In this document: one piece after another, positions 1 to 12,319 of the stretch | Numbering within the stretch: the stretch's first letter is position 1 | Layout of the letters: each line of letters opens with the position of its first letter | Origin: Squalus acanthias | Taxonomy: Eukaryota | NCBI GenBank assembly: GCA_030390025.1 | Contig: CM059438.1 | Coordinates: 53,384,001 to 53,448,000 of the forward strand | Direction of reading: 5' to 3' | DNA: 64,000 nucleotides | Notes under the pieces: generated by a model | The model's input: only the letters and a program-made list of their open reading frames with translations | Databases searched by the model: none | What the model was told of the DNA's origin: nothing | Program-made: the position numbers and the translations under genes

Positions 1-131
1 CATATGCAAGTGGAGATCACCATCTTCAGAAGCAGAGGGGGTGTTTGCATTCAAAGTGGATGTTAAGGGAATCACAATTTGGTAATAAAAGGGAACTCGT
101 GGCTGTTAGAGATTTTGCTTCTGATTTTCAC

Positions 132-270
132 CTTAAACTCCTGGGTCTTGCAGTCCAGTGGGTATTCAATTAAGTAAGGGTGGTTACAGCACTTCCTGAG
201 CAGCATCAACACATTCTGCAATTTCAAGTGGATTTCCTTATCTTGCGGGAGAGACACATCCAACACAGGC
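132..270 (-). CDS. HELLS: HELLS coding exon 15 (PVLDVSLPQDKEIHLKLQNVLMLLRKCCNHPYLIEYPLDCKTQEFK); gene continues beyond left edge
   Basis: SNF2 'LRKCCNHPYL' motif; AG/GT boundaries; 139 bp, phase 2 to 0, consistent with the previous exon. Confidence 0.93.
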
Positions 271-345
271 CTGCTGAGAAAATACAAGAGACTGCAAGTT
301 ACTTTAAGGACAACCAAGTAGGAGGAGAACACCTTTTAAACAGTG

Positions 346-720
346 TCAGCCTTGGTTCAATGGTGGCACTTACCACGTGGGTTGTGGGTTCAAGTGCCAC
401 TCCAGAGACTTGAGCACATAATCCAGGCTGATCCTCAGTACTGCACTGAAGTGAGTGCTGCACTGTCAGAGGTGCCTTCTTTCAGATGAGATGTTAAGCC
501 TCAGGCGGATGTAAAAGATCCCATGGGACTATTCCAAGAGCAGGGGGAGCTCCCCCAGTGCCCTGGCCAACATTTATCCAACACCACCAAAACCAAATTA
601 TTTGGTCATTTACCTCAGGTTTGTCGGAGCTTGCTGTGCGCAAATTAGCTGTCGCGTTTCCCTGCGTTACAAGTGACACTTCAAAAGTACTTCATTGGCT
701 GTAAAGTTTTGAGGCCGTGA
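346..720 (+). mobile_element. Deu-domain SINE (SacSINE1/AmnSINE-like)
   Basis: Deu core 'gagtgctgcactgtcagaggtgcc..aaaagatcccatgg..gtgcgcaaatt..cttcaaaagtacttcattggctgtaaag'; related copies at ~1830-2240(-), 32164-32587(+), 34810-35140(+), 36790-37120(-). Confidence 0.8.
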
Positions 721-929
721 AAGCTGCTGGAGAAAAATGGCCTCAAGAGGCCAATAGAGCAATCACTGCAGTTCAGTTTCAAAAGTGAGTTCTGACTGGA
801 AGTGAGGCAGCGATACCTCCAAGGCCACTGTAAACCAATGTGCCACTGGCCTACAGTTTATATATTCTTAAGTAACACATGGTATTACACATCTCACTCA
901 CTGTCCTGCATGTAACATGACGTGACAAT

Positions 930-1145
930 TGCCCCAGTGGTTCAGAGGGTGTAACACAAGCTGTTGTTCAGAGCCACACAGATACTGAAGGACCCAGCTC
1001 AGTGCTGATTTAGCTGATCCTAGCTAGGGCAGCTAGATCTGGTCTCATTTTTGCTGGGCAGGGAGGAGAGCCAGCCAGTGCTCTCATTCCTGGTCATTAT
1101 CCAGCGGGTGGACCAGTCAACGAGCCCGCCAACAATCACTGCAGA
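930..1145 (+). mobile_element. Old SINE-like dispersed repeat (MER131-like; family name tentative)
   Basis: Shares 'gtgctgatttagctgatc..gggagg..cagccag..cccgccaacaatcact' with copies at ~1450-1755(-), 14380-14600(-), 21230-21400(+), 35770-35990(+). Confidence 0.5.
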
Positions 1146-2348
1146 GTTACGGGTGTAGAGAATTCTCTCCCCCCCACCAACAATATATAGAATAGACTCC
1201 TGTTAAAAGCAATGAAAATATTTCAATTAACTCATTTTCAAAAGAGCTGGAGAAACATCTAGCGTTTAAAAAGGACTGAAGATTACTAGGAAGTGTCAAT
1301 ATAGGTATCAACGCATGAAAGCATACTGCTCCATCTGAATTGGAGGGGGCAGTAAAGAGGAGGAACGAGAGTTTCTACCGGTCAGTAGTCCAGTTCTATT
1401 GCTTCTCCCGCCTGCCACTCCTGAAGGCACTGAGCCTCACTGTGCAGCAGCCCTCCAATACCTCCCCCAAGTTGCTGCCTATACCGTGAGCATCAGCAGG
1501 GTACCTGGCCATGGGGGTACCACTCAAGTTTGCTCCTGTTCTTATCCAATATCCACACATGCACTTTCCAGCAGAGCGACCAGGAGCAGAGGCCTCGGCC
1601 AATTCCGCCGCCCCAGTCTAGTGGCTGAGAACTCAGCTGCAGCATTCCAAACGCGGCCGCGAGCAACTAACTCAGCTCAAACGTCTTACTGTGTGGTCTG
1701 GACAGCCTAGCTCCACACTAGGCAGTGCCTGGACCCACTCGGACATTGGGGGAGCTGCCCTGCCCATTCTGAACTCTAGTCCTCTGATCATACTCGAACA
1801 TAACTGAAGACCACAGAACAGATTGATGGGGAAAATAGAATTTGTATTTATATAGTGCCTCATCACATCAAGAAATCACAAAACACTTCACAACCAAATG
1901 AATCATCATGTAGGTGAATGCGGTACCAATTTGTACACAGCAAGATCCCACTAACAGAAAACAAAAATCGGTTTTCTGGAGGTGGTCATTGAAGGAGGAA
2001 TATTGGCCTAGACACTGGGAGAATTTCCTGCTCTTTTTCAAATAGTGCCATCGGATCCAGACCAGATCCGTCCGAACCACAAGGAGTTGAACGACCCAAC
2101 CAAAGGACGGCACCTCCGACAGTGCAGCACTCCCTCAGGACTGCACTGAAGTGTCAAGCCTAGATTCGGGGCTGAAGTCCTGGAGTAGGGAGCGAACCTA
2201 TGACTTTTTGACTCTGGTAACAGAATGTGAATAGTTGGGTCAAGCAAACAACAAGAGTCAAGTAAACAATAAGTATCAAGCGGTGGTAATGTTCAGTTTA
2301 ATGTTGTGATTTGGCCCATCAGGACAACCCACGGCCCTAGTCACCAAC

Positions 2349-2491
2349 CTCTGCTCGTGGGCATTCTGCTGCATCACCGCAATCATTTTCTCCAAATCAT
2401 CGTCATCATAATTCTCATTATAATTCACCCGCTGCCTGCTTCGACGTTTCGGCCGACCTGAAGAGGTCAACTGTGGCTTCTCCTGCTTGGA
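2349..2491 (-). CDS. HELLS: HELLS coding exon 14 (SKQEKPQLTSSGRPKRRSRQRVNYNE...QR)
   Basis: HELLS-like 'SSGRPKRR' insert; acceptor cag at 2492-2494, donor AG|GTTGGT; phase fits both neighbours; acceptor choice slightly uncertain. Confidence 0.85.
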
Positions 2492-2614
2492 CTGTTTGGA
2501 GTTGGGGAGGGGAGAGACAACGTGCAGCAAGATCAAAACCTCAGCTTCAGCATAGAGAGAAAAGACCAACTAAATGAAATGGCTCACCACATAGTTTTAT
2601 AAATGCACCCTTAC

Positions 2615-2773
2615 CTCCTGTCCCAGCAGTGTTGTGATGGTCTTGTTGACTATGGCGGTGTAGAAGGACTCCTGTTTTTTGCTCAGAGGTGCATAAACCA
2701 CAACCTCCCGTTTTGGAGGAATATCCAGAGTGACATCAGATTTCAACCTCCTCAGCAGGAACGGAGTCAGGAT
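2615..2773 (-). CDS. HELLS: HELLS coding exon 13 ([34 protein letters not shown]...)
   Basis: SNF2 '[10 protein letters not shown]' motif; GT-AG; 159 bp. Confidence 0.95.
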
Positions 2774-3456
2774 CTGCAACACCGAAAATAACCCATCCAG
2801 AATTCAACAACCACCACTGCTTAGACCAGGTGCTGCTGGACAACAGCTTTCTTCAGGAGTTCACCACTTATGGAGATTTCACAGGTGTTAGGTGAACTGC
2901 TCTATGCATCAAGGGAATAACTAGCTTCACAGTCAGCTACCCATGGGCCTGGACAGGGCACAACCCCTGGTCTCAGAGCTGAAAGGAAGGCGTGCCAAAC
3001 TCCCAGGGCACTGTTCACTGCAAGTCACAGACAGGAACATTATACGATGTAAAACAACGTATTACTGAAGCGTAGGGGTATGTCTGTTTAAAACTGGGCG
3101 AGTTCACATACAAGTCAAGGCAGAGGCTGCAGACACGGCAGCTCCAGTATGGAGTGTTCCTGCATTCAAAATGACTTTCTTTATTCTCGCCCTTTTCACT
3201 TTCCAGTGACTTACTATGAATTTTCAGTAATTATTTCCCGTTTACATTCAACAACTTGTCCTAGACTCTGAACAACTTGTATTTGCATAGACCTTTAAGA
3301 AACATTTCAAGGTACTTCAGAGGCTAGAAAGGAGCCGAGCAGAAGGTTCAGGAGAGTAGGCCAAAGACACAGTCAGAAAGCTAGGTTTTGAGGAGGAAGG
3401 GAAGAAGTAGCAACAGGAGAGTGTTTAGGAAAGCGTTCTGCAGGACGGGCCAAGAC

Positions 3457-6400
3457 CACTGTTCCCCGTAAGCTGCGAGGCCGCCACGCACCAGGCGTTG
3501 CAGGCTGCGCAGTCATACAGGAGCAGGATCTAGCGCGCAGGCGCTCTTTTCAATCGCATCTCACAGGCTCGTTCTTTAGGCCCGCAAGAGCGGGTTTCGG
3601 CACCTGCGCGTTGGAATCCGCTACAGTACTCAGCCCTGAGCCACGGAGTGAGCGGCGGCCGAATGCCGATACTGTGCTGGGAGTTGTGGCGAATGGCGAT
3701 ACTGTGCTGGGAGTCGTGGCGAATGCCGATACTGGGCTGGGAGTCGTGGCGAATGCCGATACTGGGCTGGGAGTCGTGGCGAATGCCGATACTGGGCTGG
3801 GAGTCGTGGCGAATGCCGATACTGGGCTGGGAGTGGGAGTCGTGGCGAATGGTGATACTGTGCTGGGACTCGTGGCGAATGGTGATGCGCCTGCGCGCTG
3901 GAACCCACTACAGGCCTGAACCTCAGAGGGAGGGAGAGAGATTCCCTGCGCTTCTTACAGTAGCGGTAAAAATAAATGTTTAACATCCACCGACAGGGCC
4001 TCATTTAATCGTCTCTTCTAAAACCTGCAGGCAGTTATCGCTCAGGATTAAACTGAGCTGGGAGACGAAGGAAATTCAATTAATTGCGTACAGGTTAGTG
4101 GCGCTGGTGTCTGATATGAGCACCTTCGTTATCACAAGAACACAAATAGGAATGCATTGTCAAGAAACATTTCCCCAAGAGGGAAAGAATTCTAATTTTT
4201 CAACACTGACTGGATTTCAAATGATTATTAAAAAATGGGAGGAAAGCGCTCTCCTGAACCGACACTTGATTCTCTGCTTCTCCTTTTGCTCCGATGTTCT
4301 TTGCAGGGCGCTACAGCGAGGGGCGGGCAGGGAGCCAATCGGAGCGAGCGAGGGGTGGGCAGGGAGCGAGCGAGGGGTGAGGGTCCAAGCATGTGTAGTC
4401 CCTTCCCGGGGACTGAGTGGCGGCCGCACTTTGGAACACAGGTGGAGACGCAGCACATGTACATTGGCTGCTGGAAGGAGGCGAAAGCAAACAATGTTTA
4501 GGTCCGCGGTGAAATTAAAAAAAAAAAAAAATTCGGAAAATTGTTTAAAGCCAGAAAAAGATACGGGAAAGTGATGTTGAATGTCCCGCGGTAAGTTCCA
4601 GTTAAATTTTGCCAGGTGTTGTCCCCTTTTTGAAAGAGTTGATCAGGGTTATTTAAATCATGTTATGAGAGGGGGGAAAGTTCGTGCCCCAGTTTGTACC
4701 GCAGTCTGAGAGAGACGGAGGGAACAGCAGCAGAAAAAGAGGAAACAACTTCTCCAAGACTGATCCCAACTCATCGCCAAAGCTGGGGAGAGATAACCTC
4801 ACCGCCTTCTTAGGAAGTTTAACCACTTTATACACTTCTTAGTTGAGTTTTGTTTGGAATTAGAGTTTATTTTATTATTTTTTTGTTGTATGTTTAACAA
4901 CAGCATCGAAGAGGGAAAGAGAAACTTGGAGCAACTTCTTCTGTCAAAGCTGCAACAAGACTTGAAAGAATTTAAAGACTTTTAATGAACTTTTCCCAAA
5001 AAATGTTAAACACACCTCCCCCCCCCAAAGTTTCGAATATGATTTTGGAAGAAACAAGCAAAAATCAATTTTCCCCTCATCTAAACAAGTTTCAACTAGG
5101 TCTTGAAGTCCAAATGCTTTTAAAGAGACTCTGAATTGCTTAAAACGTTTTAAAATTGAAATTTCTCAATATGAGTTTGAACGATTGACTCAAGTGAGTA
5201 GCTTTGCACAACCATGCTGTTGAGGAGGGGGAGGGCGGGGAGGATTTGTAGGAGTTACATATTTTTTTTTTTTATAAAGTCAATAAAAAGTATTAAAACA
5301 TTTCGAAAGAAAACCAAGAAAGGGGAAGAACACAAATTTTTATTTTGTCTGTCGTTCTATAGTCCGAACAAGTCTCAGGAATAATGTAAATATAGATTTC
5401 CTCTTAAACGTTTAGTGGAGTGTTAATAGTAACAACAGTTATGTAATGATGTAGAAAAATTGCAGGAAGCTACTTTAGAAGAAATCACTATTTATTTATT
5501 TATTGAGAAAGACACAGAAAATACTTTGATTAAACAGATAATGTACAAGTTTGATTTGGTATAAATGTTTGAAATAGGAGATTAAAAATTGAGTACAATG
5601 AAGTTTGTTTTCTGCTATTTAATTGCAAAGTACCTAAAATAATTCAACATTTTTTGTGATAAGAGCAGAGATTAATATTGTGGAGAATGTTTGAGAGAAA
5701 AACATTAGAAGCGAAATTTGTGAATTAACATCTTTACATCAACATATTAGTAAACATTTCCAAGTCAGTCTGATTGGTTCTCCTGTTTATTTCTGTTAAA
5801 TCAGAGCTTTTCCTGCTTTTTGTTTATAATTCGGTGATGCAGAGTGTGTGTGTTTTTCTGCACTTGGGAATAAGTGCTGCATTTCTGACATGTTACATGG
5901 GAGGTGTGCTGGTTCAAGAAGGCAATGTTTATTAATGGCAGTGATTGAAGTTGAAAATACAGATACCCGTTTTTGTTCAATTCTTTTTAAGACTGTGAAC
6001 TAAAGAACTGCAGCACTTTATATTTGTGGGTTGCCTGGTTGCATTGTGATTAATATTCTAACGACTTATGTGGATGTACAGCACGTCAGCGCCATGGGAA
6101 AGCCGCAGCTCCTGCAGCCATTGCTATAGTGACACTATGGACTAATAGATTGAAAACTTGAAAATTAGTACAAATTGCACGAATAGATATGCTTCTTTCA
6201 GCTCACCTTGGATTTTGGATTGTTTGTCGATGTATAACTGTGTAACGTTTCTGAAGTGTTAATGCATTATTATGCAGTTCTTTTATATCCATGTCATTTC
6301 AGACAAATAATTTTTTTTTTTTTATAAATAGGGTTTGTACATGATGAACTAAAGCTTTTAATTAATTCTACTGTAAACAAACTTACAGAATGGGCATGTA

Positions 6401-6839
6401 AATGACAAATGAATTTCAATATAGATAAGTGTCAGGTGGTGCATTTTGGTAGGAGGACTCAGGAGGCTACCTACTCCTTGGAAAATAAGAATCTAAATGG
6501 GGTACAGGTGCAAAGGGATCTAGGGGTATAGGTTCACAAATCATTAAAAGTAGCAACATAGGTTAAAAAAAAGCCATAAAAGTGCAAATAAAGCACTGGG
6601 GTTCATTTCATTCTAGAGGAATAGAATTCAAAAGCAGAGAAGTTATGTTAAACTTGTATTGAGCCTTGTCTGATTGTCTCATGATTTGAGATGGTGGGGT
6701 GGCAATATGGCATTACTGCATATATGCTTTTAAGTGGTTGCTGTTGTTTGTTGTAAAAGTTGCTGTGAAATTTGCCCACGGACGAAAAGGTCGCGCTCAA
6801 TGGCACGCTCAGTATAAAAAAAAGTTAGAGGGAACATTG
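3457..6839. mobile_element. hAT-superfamily DNA transposon, decayed, inserted into an old L2 fragment
   Basis: TIRs CACTGTTCCCCGTAA / CAATGTTCCCTCTAA; perfect 8-bp TSD GCCAAGAC at 3449-3456 and 6840-6847. Confidence 0.88.
3655..3885. repeat. 30-bp tandem repeat (gtggcgaatgccgatactgggctgggagtc), ~7 copies, inside the hAT element
   Basis: Read directly. Confidence 0.9.
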
Positions 6840-7449
6840 GCCAAGACGGTTGTGGAAGCCACGTCAGCAGGTGAGGAATGCTGGGAGGAGAGGGTGCACA
6901 GGAGCGCAGAGTTACAGAACTGCAGGGTACAGGTTGAGACATAATAGGAGGAGGTTACAGAGGTGGGATGAGGGGAGGCAGGAGAGATTTGCAAATGAGG
7001 ATAAAACTTCTGGAATTTAGTGTCAGGAGACAGGGAGCCAGTGAAGATAGAGGGGGTGACAGATGAGGAAAAGCTAGTGTAGGACAGGATGTGGGCGGCA
7101 GTGTTTAAGACAAGTTAAGAGTTTCTTTAGGGAGCAGTTTGGAAGACCAGTGAAGAGGGTTTTTGAGAAGGTGAATCTTAAGGTAGAAAAAGCACAGATG
7201 TTTCCTTAATGCAATTTTGCCTTTAATAAAGTTTTGTGGCTGCACGAGTCCTGCATTTGTTCGCAGTACTCCTGCATGATCTTTCACACAGACCCTAATC
7301 TATTTTATTAGCTCCTTTTGTTAACTCCTATTTAGTCTCCTTTACTGACTCAATTTTCATTGCCCTGGTTTTAACACTGCCATACAATTTATCTAGTTCC
7401 TTCTCTAATTATTTACTCTTGAATCGGTTTTCGTGCTCCATCTTGTACA

Positions 7450-8125
7450 CGAATCACTGAAAGTTAACATGCAGGCAATTAGGAAAGCAAATGGTATGTT
7501 GGCCTTTTATTACAAGAGGATTTGAGTACAGGAGTAAAGACGTCTTACTGCAATTATATAGGGCCCTGGTGAGACCACACCTGGAGTATTGTGTATAGTT
7601 TTGGTCTCCTTACCTAAGGAAGGATATACTTGCCATAGAGGGAGTGCAACGAAGGTTCACCAGACTGGTTCCTGGGATGGGGGGATTGTCCCATGAGGGC
7701 AGATTGAGTAGACTAGGCCAAAATTCTCTAGAGTTTAGAAAAATGAGAAGTGATCTCATTGAAACATACAAAATTCTTACAGGGCTTGACAGGGTAGCTG
7801 CAGGGAGGATGTTTCCCCTGGCTGGGGAGTCTAGAACCAGGGGTCAGTCTCAGAATAAGGGGTCAGCCATTTAGGACTGAGATGAGGAGAAATTTCTTCA
7901 CTCAGAGGGTGGTGAATTTTTGGAATTCTCTACCCCAGAGGGCTGTGGAGGCTCAGTCGTTGAGTATATTCAAGACGGAGATCGATAGATTTTTGAATAT
8001 TAAGGGAATCAAGGGATATGGGGATAGTGCAGTTGAGGTAGATCAGCCATGATCTTATTGAATGGCGGAGCAGGCTCGAGGGGCCAAATGGTCTACTCCT
8101 GCTCCTATTTCTTATGTTCTTATCT
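7450..8125 (+). mobile_element. CR1 LINE 3' fragment
   Basis: LVRPHLEYCV.FWSP / QRRFTRLVPG RT C-terminus plus CR1 3' UTR. Confidence 0.9.
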
Positions 8126-8145
8126 CTGCTATCCCATTTCATCAA

Positions 8146-8250
8146 ACAGAACTAACAAAAGGTCATCGACCTGAAACGTTAACTCTGTTTCTCTCTCTCC
8201 ACAGATGCTGCCTGACCTGCTGAGTATTTCCAGCATTTTCTGTTTTTATT
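8146..8250. mobile_element. Penelope-like terminal repeat fragment
   Basis: 'cgacctgaaacgttaactctgtttctctctc..gatgctgcctgacctgctgagt.tttccagc' is shared with the 28340-29119 element; similar pieces at ~13520-13610 and 34240-34350. Confidence 0.7.
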
Positions 8251-9089
8251 ACAGGAAGGTGCTATATGCAAAAGTTTAGCAGATCTCTACTTGCATTGCT
8301 CACAGCAAGTGTTTAATAACAATAGCAATATTAGGCTATGTAATGCCAATATATTATCAGGATATTTACAGTGACTGAATAACCACAATTCAGATTTATT
8401 ACTCTGAATTTTTTTACTTCCACTTTGGGAATCAAATTCCACAATATGTTGAGATTTCCATGAAAACTGTAAATAACTGGCCCTGATTACTAGGTTCCTT
8501 TCCCTCATAGTCCAAGGCACACAGCAAGAAGTTAGGCAAACAACGTGATCCACAATGGATGCAAGTAGGTGCTTTTAACAGTAGTAGGTGGAAGTGGGGG
8601 CGGTTGTGGGGTACTGAATTTTGGTACCACTGTTCTGGGGTGTGGTAGTACTGTGAAGGGAGAGCCTGGCTTTGGTAGCGCTATCGGGGTCTTAAAATCT
8701 GGAAGAATTGAGGGAAACTCCTGGGGTGTGGAAAATATTGGAGGCGGGGGGGGGGGGGGGGGGGAAGAAGAGTAGGCAGTAAGGAAAGGCAGACTGTAAA
8801 TCAGTACCGACCCATAGACCTGCCGATCTGCTCACACCTTTCGCTCGCCTCCAATCTATTCCCAGTGATTCAGGACCCATTGCCATCTTAAGTCGGGTTC
8901 TGCCACTAAACGAATACTGTATTTTGTGATTTTTACAGATCCCAGAGATCAGAAAGAGGCGAGGCAGTGGGAAGAGTGAAAAACAGGTCCGGGTTGGGGT
9001 GAAGGGGATGGTGGAGCTGGCAGTGGTGCATGGCCATTCAAGGCGAGCCATGAACGCGAAGCCCCCTCAGGGCATAAACTCAAATGCAT

Positions 9090-9386
9090 TTTGAACAGGA
9101 ATTCAGCAATTTTGTGTTAAAATAATTGTTGCAATTTCACTTACACATTTTATACGTTACAAACTGAACCAAATTGCCCAGAATACTTGATATTTTTCCC
9201 CCTCAGCCGACCGACTACACGCTGGTTTTAACCAGCAGGCACACCTTTTAACTGGTGTGTAGTCAGCAGGCCGAGGAGAGAAAGAAAATGAAAAATGTCT
9301 GAGCAATGTGATTGGTTCAGTTTCTTTTAAAAAATATATTGGTAGATTTTTCTGTCTAGTAGTTACTGAATTCTGCTTGGTTCAGG
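9090..9386. repeat. ~300-bp imperfect palindrome (MITE-like fold-back)
   Basis: Three nested arm pairs: gaattcagcaat/agttactgaattc, aaactgaaccaa/ttggttcagttt, cctcagccgaccgactacac/gtgtagtcagcaggccgagg. Confidence 0.7.
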
Positions 9387-12222
9387 GTTTGTTTTGTTTA
9401 TATATTTCGGTTGCATTTCTTAACTATCAAGTTGTGCCTTGCTGAATATGAAATGAATTAAAAAGTGTGAAGTCTGGCACAGGAAATGTGATAGGACAAA
9501 CAGGAAATGCACACTACTGTAGACGTTTTATAATAGAATGAGCCGATTCCCTGTGGTAATACTCAGTGAGTTGAAAGACATGCCGTTTTATAAAATGAGT
9601 ATCAAGCCATATAATGAATTAACAGGGTTAATGATTTATACAGTGACTGAAAAAGTCATATGCATTTCTATTACCTGACTTACCTATGAAAGCTGTAAAT
9701 CAGTGGCCTTGTAGATTACACATTCATCTCTGTACTCAGCTTTTATCTGGTTCCTTTTGTAAAGCCCAGGATACACCGCCAGATGAGCCATGTTGGAGGT
9801 AGGTTCTTGGTGGCTAGCATTACAGGGAGGGTTTCCCTTGTGGTTTTGCAGCACTAGGAGTGAGGACCTGGGAGTCTGCATCACTGACAGGTAGTCCTGG
9901 AGTAAGTGGGGTGGTGTTTGTGGCGTTTTGCAGCACAGAAAGGGAAGCCCTGAAATTTGGCAGTATTGCTGGCACTGGGATAGGGATGCTGACATTTGGC
10001 AGTAATGATGGGCTGGTCCTATGATCTAGCAGCAATGGAATGGGGGGTCCCAGAATTTGGCAGTACCAGGATGGGGGTCCTGAGGTTTGGTAGCATTGAG
10101 GTTTGACAGTACTGGGGAGGGGAAACCTGTTGTTTAGCAGAGCTGGGGTAGAATGTGGATTTGAAGGCACTAGGGTCCTGGAGTCGGGCAGCACTGAAGG
10201 CAAGTTGGGGGGTGGGGAAAGAATTTGGAATTTGTAAGTGATCCCCCTAAGGCAGCAAATAAGCGTTTTATGATTAGCTCCTGGAACAGTAAATAAGCAC
10301 ATGACTTGCATATATAAACAACCCCTTGTGCATACATTGCTTCTTTTGTACAAATGACCTCAATATTTTCAAGAATTGATGTTTTATGCTGTTTCCATGT
10401 GGGTTTAGAAGTGGAGGAGGGACGCACATCGCCAGTGAAAGAATTTGGGCAAAACAATAGCCCCGCAACACTGAAGCAGGTTCCGAGAAAATAAGTCATT
10501 TGGTTTTCTCTTACCTGCTGCAGTTTATGAACAAATCTTATTTTAACAATGATAGCTGGAATTCCAAGTCCAAACAAGTGAGCACAGGTTTCCTAATCAT
10601 CTCTCACACCTAAACTCTTACTCAGTAAGTAGCCCACATGCTCAAATAGCTCTGACTTTTCCACTGAGAAAAGTAAATAATCAGATTTTTGCAGTCTGAA
10701 TCTCTGAATCTAAAAAGAATGTTGAGTGTTCAGATCATCTGTATGGCTTGTTTTGTCTGTGTGCACCCGTCTCTTTCTCTCTACTAGAAATTAAATACTT
10801 GTTAGTTTAAAATGTGAAATGTTATCAGCCAAAGCTGTTCCAATTCATGTTCCTGGTTACTTTCAGATGATTTGAAAGGAACTTAGAACTGCTGCTATAG
10901 CACAAGGACACACCCTACCAGCAACAGTGAGAGACTCATACTGATGAATGCTGCAAAATACCATATAGACACGGTCTGACACTGTCAGACTTAGACACAC
11001 AGGGACTGCAGGCATAGAGCAATAGTGGGAAATATATTTTGCACTTCCAGGCTTTTGAGACACACTGAGGCCTTACAAGTATGAGCATTAATGAAGATAC
11101 TGAAAGACACATTTTTAGGCTTGAGGTTATTGGAAATATGTATTTTTTCCATTCTTAATTATGTTTGAAACTTTATTTTGAGTCCACTGTTAGCAGGCAG
11201 GAGAAAAAAATGGACAAAATCTGTCAAAAATGTATTTTGAGCTAATTAATTGGCTGCGTTTCTGCATTCTTTTATTGGTAGACTTTGCAGACGGGCAACT
11301 GCCGATTTGTGTAAAATGCTCATTAGTTCCCAAATGGTTATTTTCATTCTGATTTTGATGTTAAGTCACAAGTGTTTGCATGGTGATTGTTCATGCTTTA
11401 CAAATATGACATATGAGCAAATGAAGTGCATATACAACAGTGTGATGGACATTATGTGCCTGGCAGAAACACCATTTCTAACACATTATCAGTTGATCTA
11501 CTGTCATGCAGCATAGTGTCCAGACCAAGTATAGTGTTCAGGTGAAGTGGATTAGAGGATTGGGGAGAATTGGGCAAGAGCGCACAGATGTCATTCAATT
11601 CCCATTTTAAAGTCACATATATGCTGGGTTTCTTCTTGAAAATACTTTAATTTGCTATTATTTATATTAAAAGCTTAGGACAATTTGCAAAGAAAAGAGA
11701 GAAGTTTCTCTGCAGGACAGCCCGAGGAGCTGGGAGACACAAACTGAGGCACTACAATGTCATCATTGTAGAAGGGTGTAATTACAGTGTGACAAATTTG
11801 CATCGGCAGTTCCCATCATAAATGCAGACATAGTAATTTATAATGGGAAATAAAGTTTTGTAGAAAGGAAGAATGCACAAATACAAGATGTTGATATAAA
11901 TAGATATTGACAGACCGAAAGGCGGACAAATAAAAGAAATAGCGAATGGGACAGAAACATTATTTTTAAGACTGGCAACAGTGAAGTGCATTTGATAAAA
12001 TACAAAAATTACCTTAATCAGGGTATGAAAAGATATTAGAAAGATGAAAAGTGAATAAAACAGCTTCAAAATAGAACAAAGCAGTAGAGAAACATGAATA
12101 AATGAAGACAGGGGAACAAAGAGGGACACAAGTGGGAAAGATAGATGTTAAAAGTCAATGTTCAGACCCAGAAGTGAAGTTGGAGTGTTCGACAGAACAT
12201 TTTCACAAATAAACAAGTCTAC

Positions 12223-12319
12223 CTGGTGAAGCATGTGCAGAATGTTTTGTTCCCGTTCGCTGGCAACTATATCTTCAACTTTTTCCGAGATGCTCGTAAT
12301 GTCAAACCAAGATTCAAAA
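12223..12319 (-). CDS. HELLS: HELLS coding exon 12 ([32 protein letters not shown])
   Basis: 'FESWFD' motif; GT-AG; 97 bp, phase 2 to 0. Confidence 0.95.

Noticed and set aside
3611..4004. Repetitive GVVANADT ORFs
   Set aside because: 30-bp subterminal repeat of the hAT element
10861..10950. Exon-like segment on minus strand with signal-peptide-like MSLSLLLVGCVLVL
   Set aside because: TAG stop after 14 codons and no supporting downstream exon
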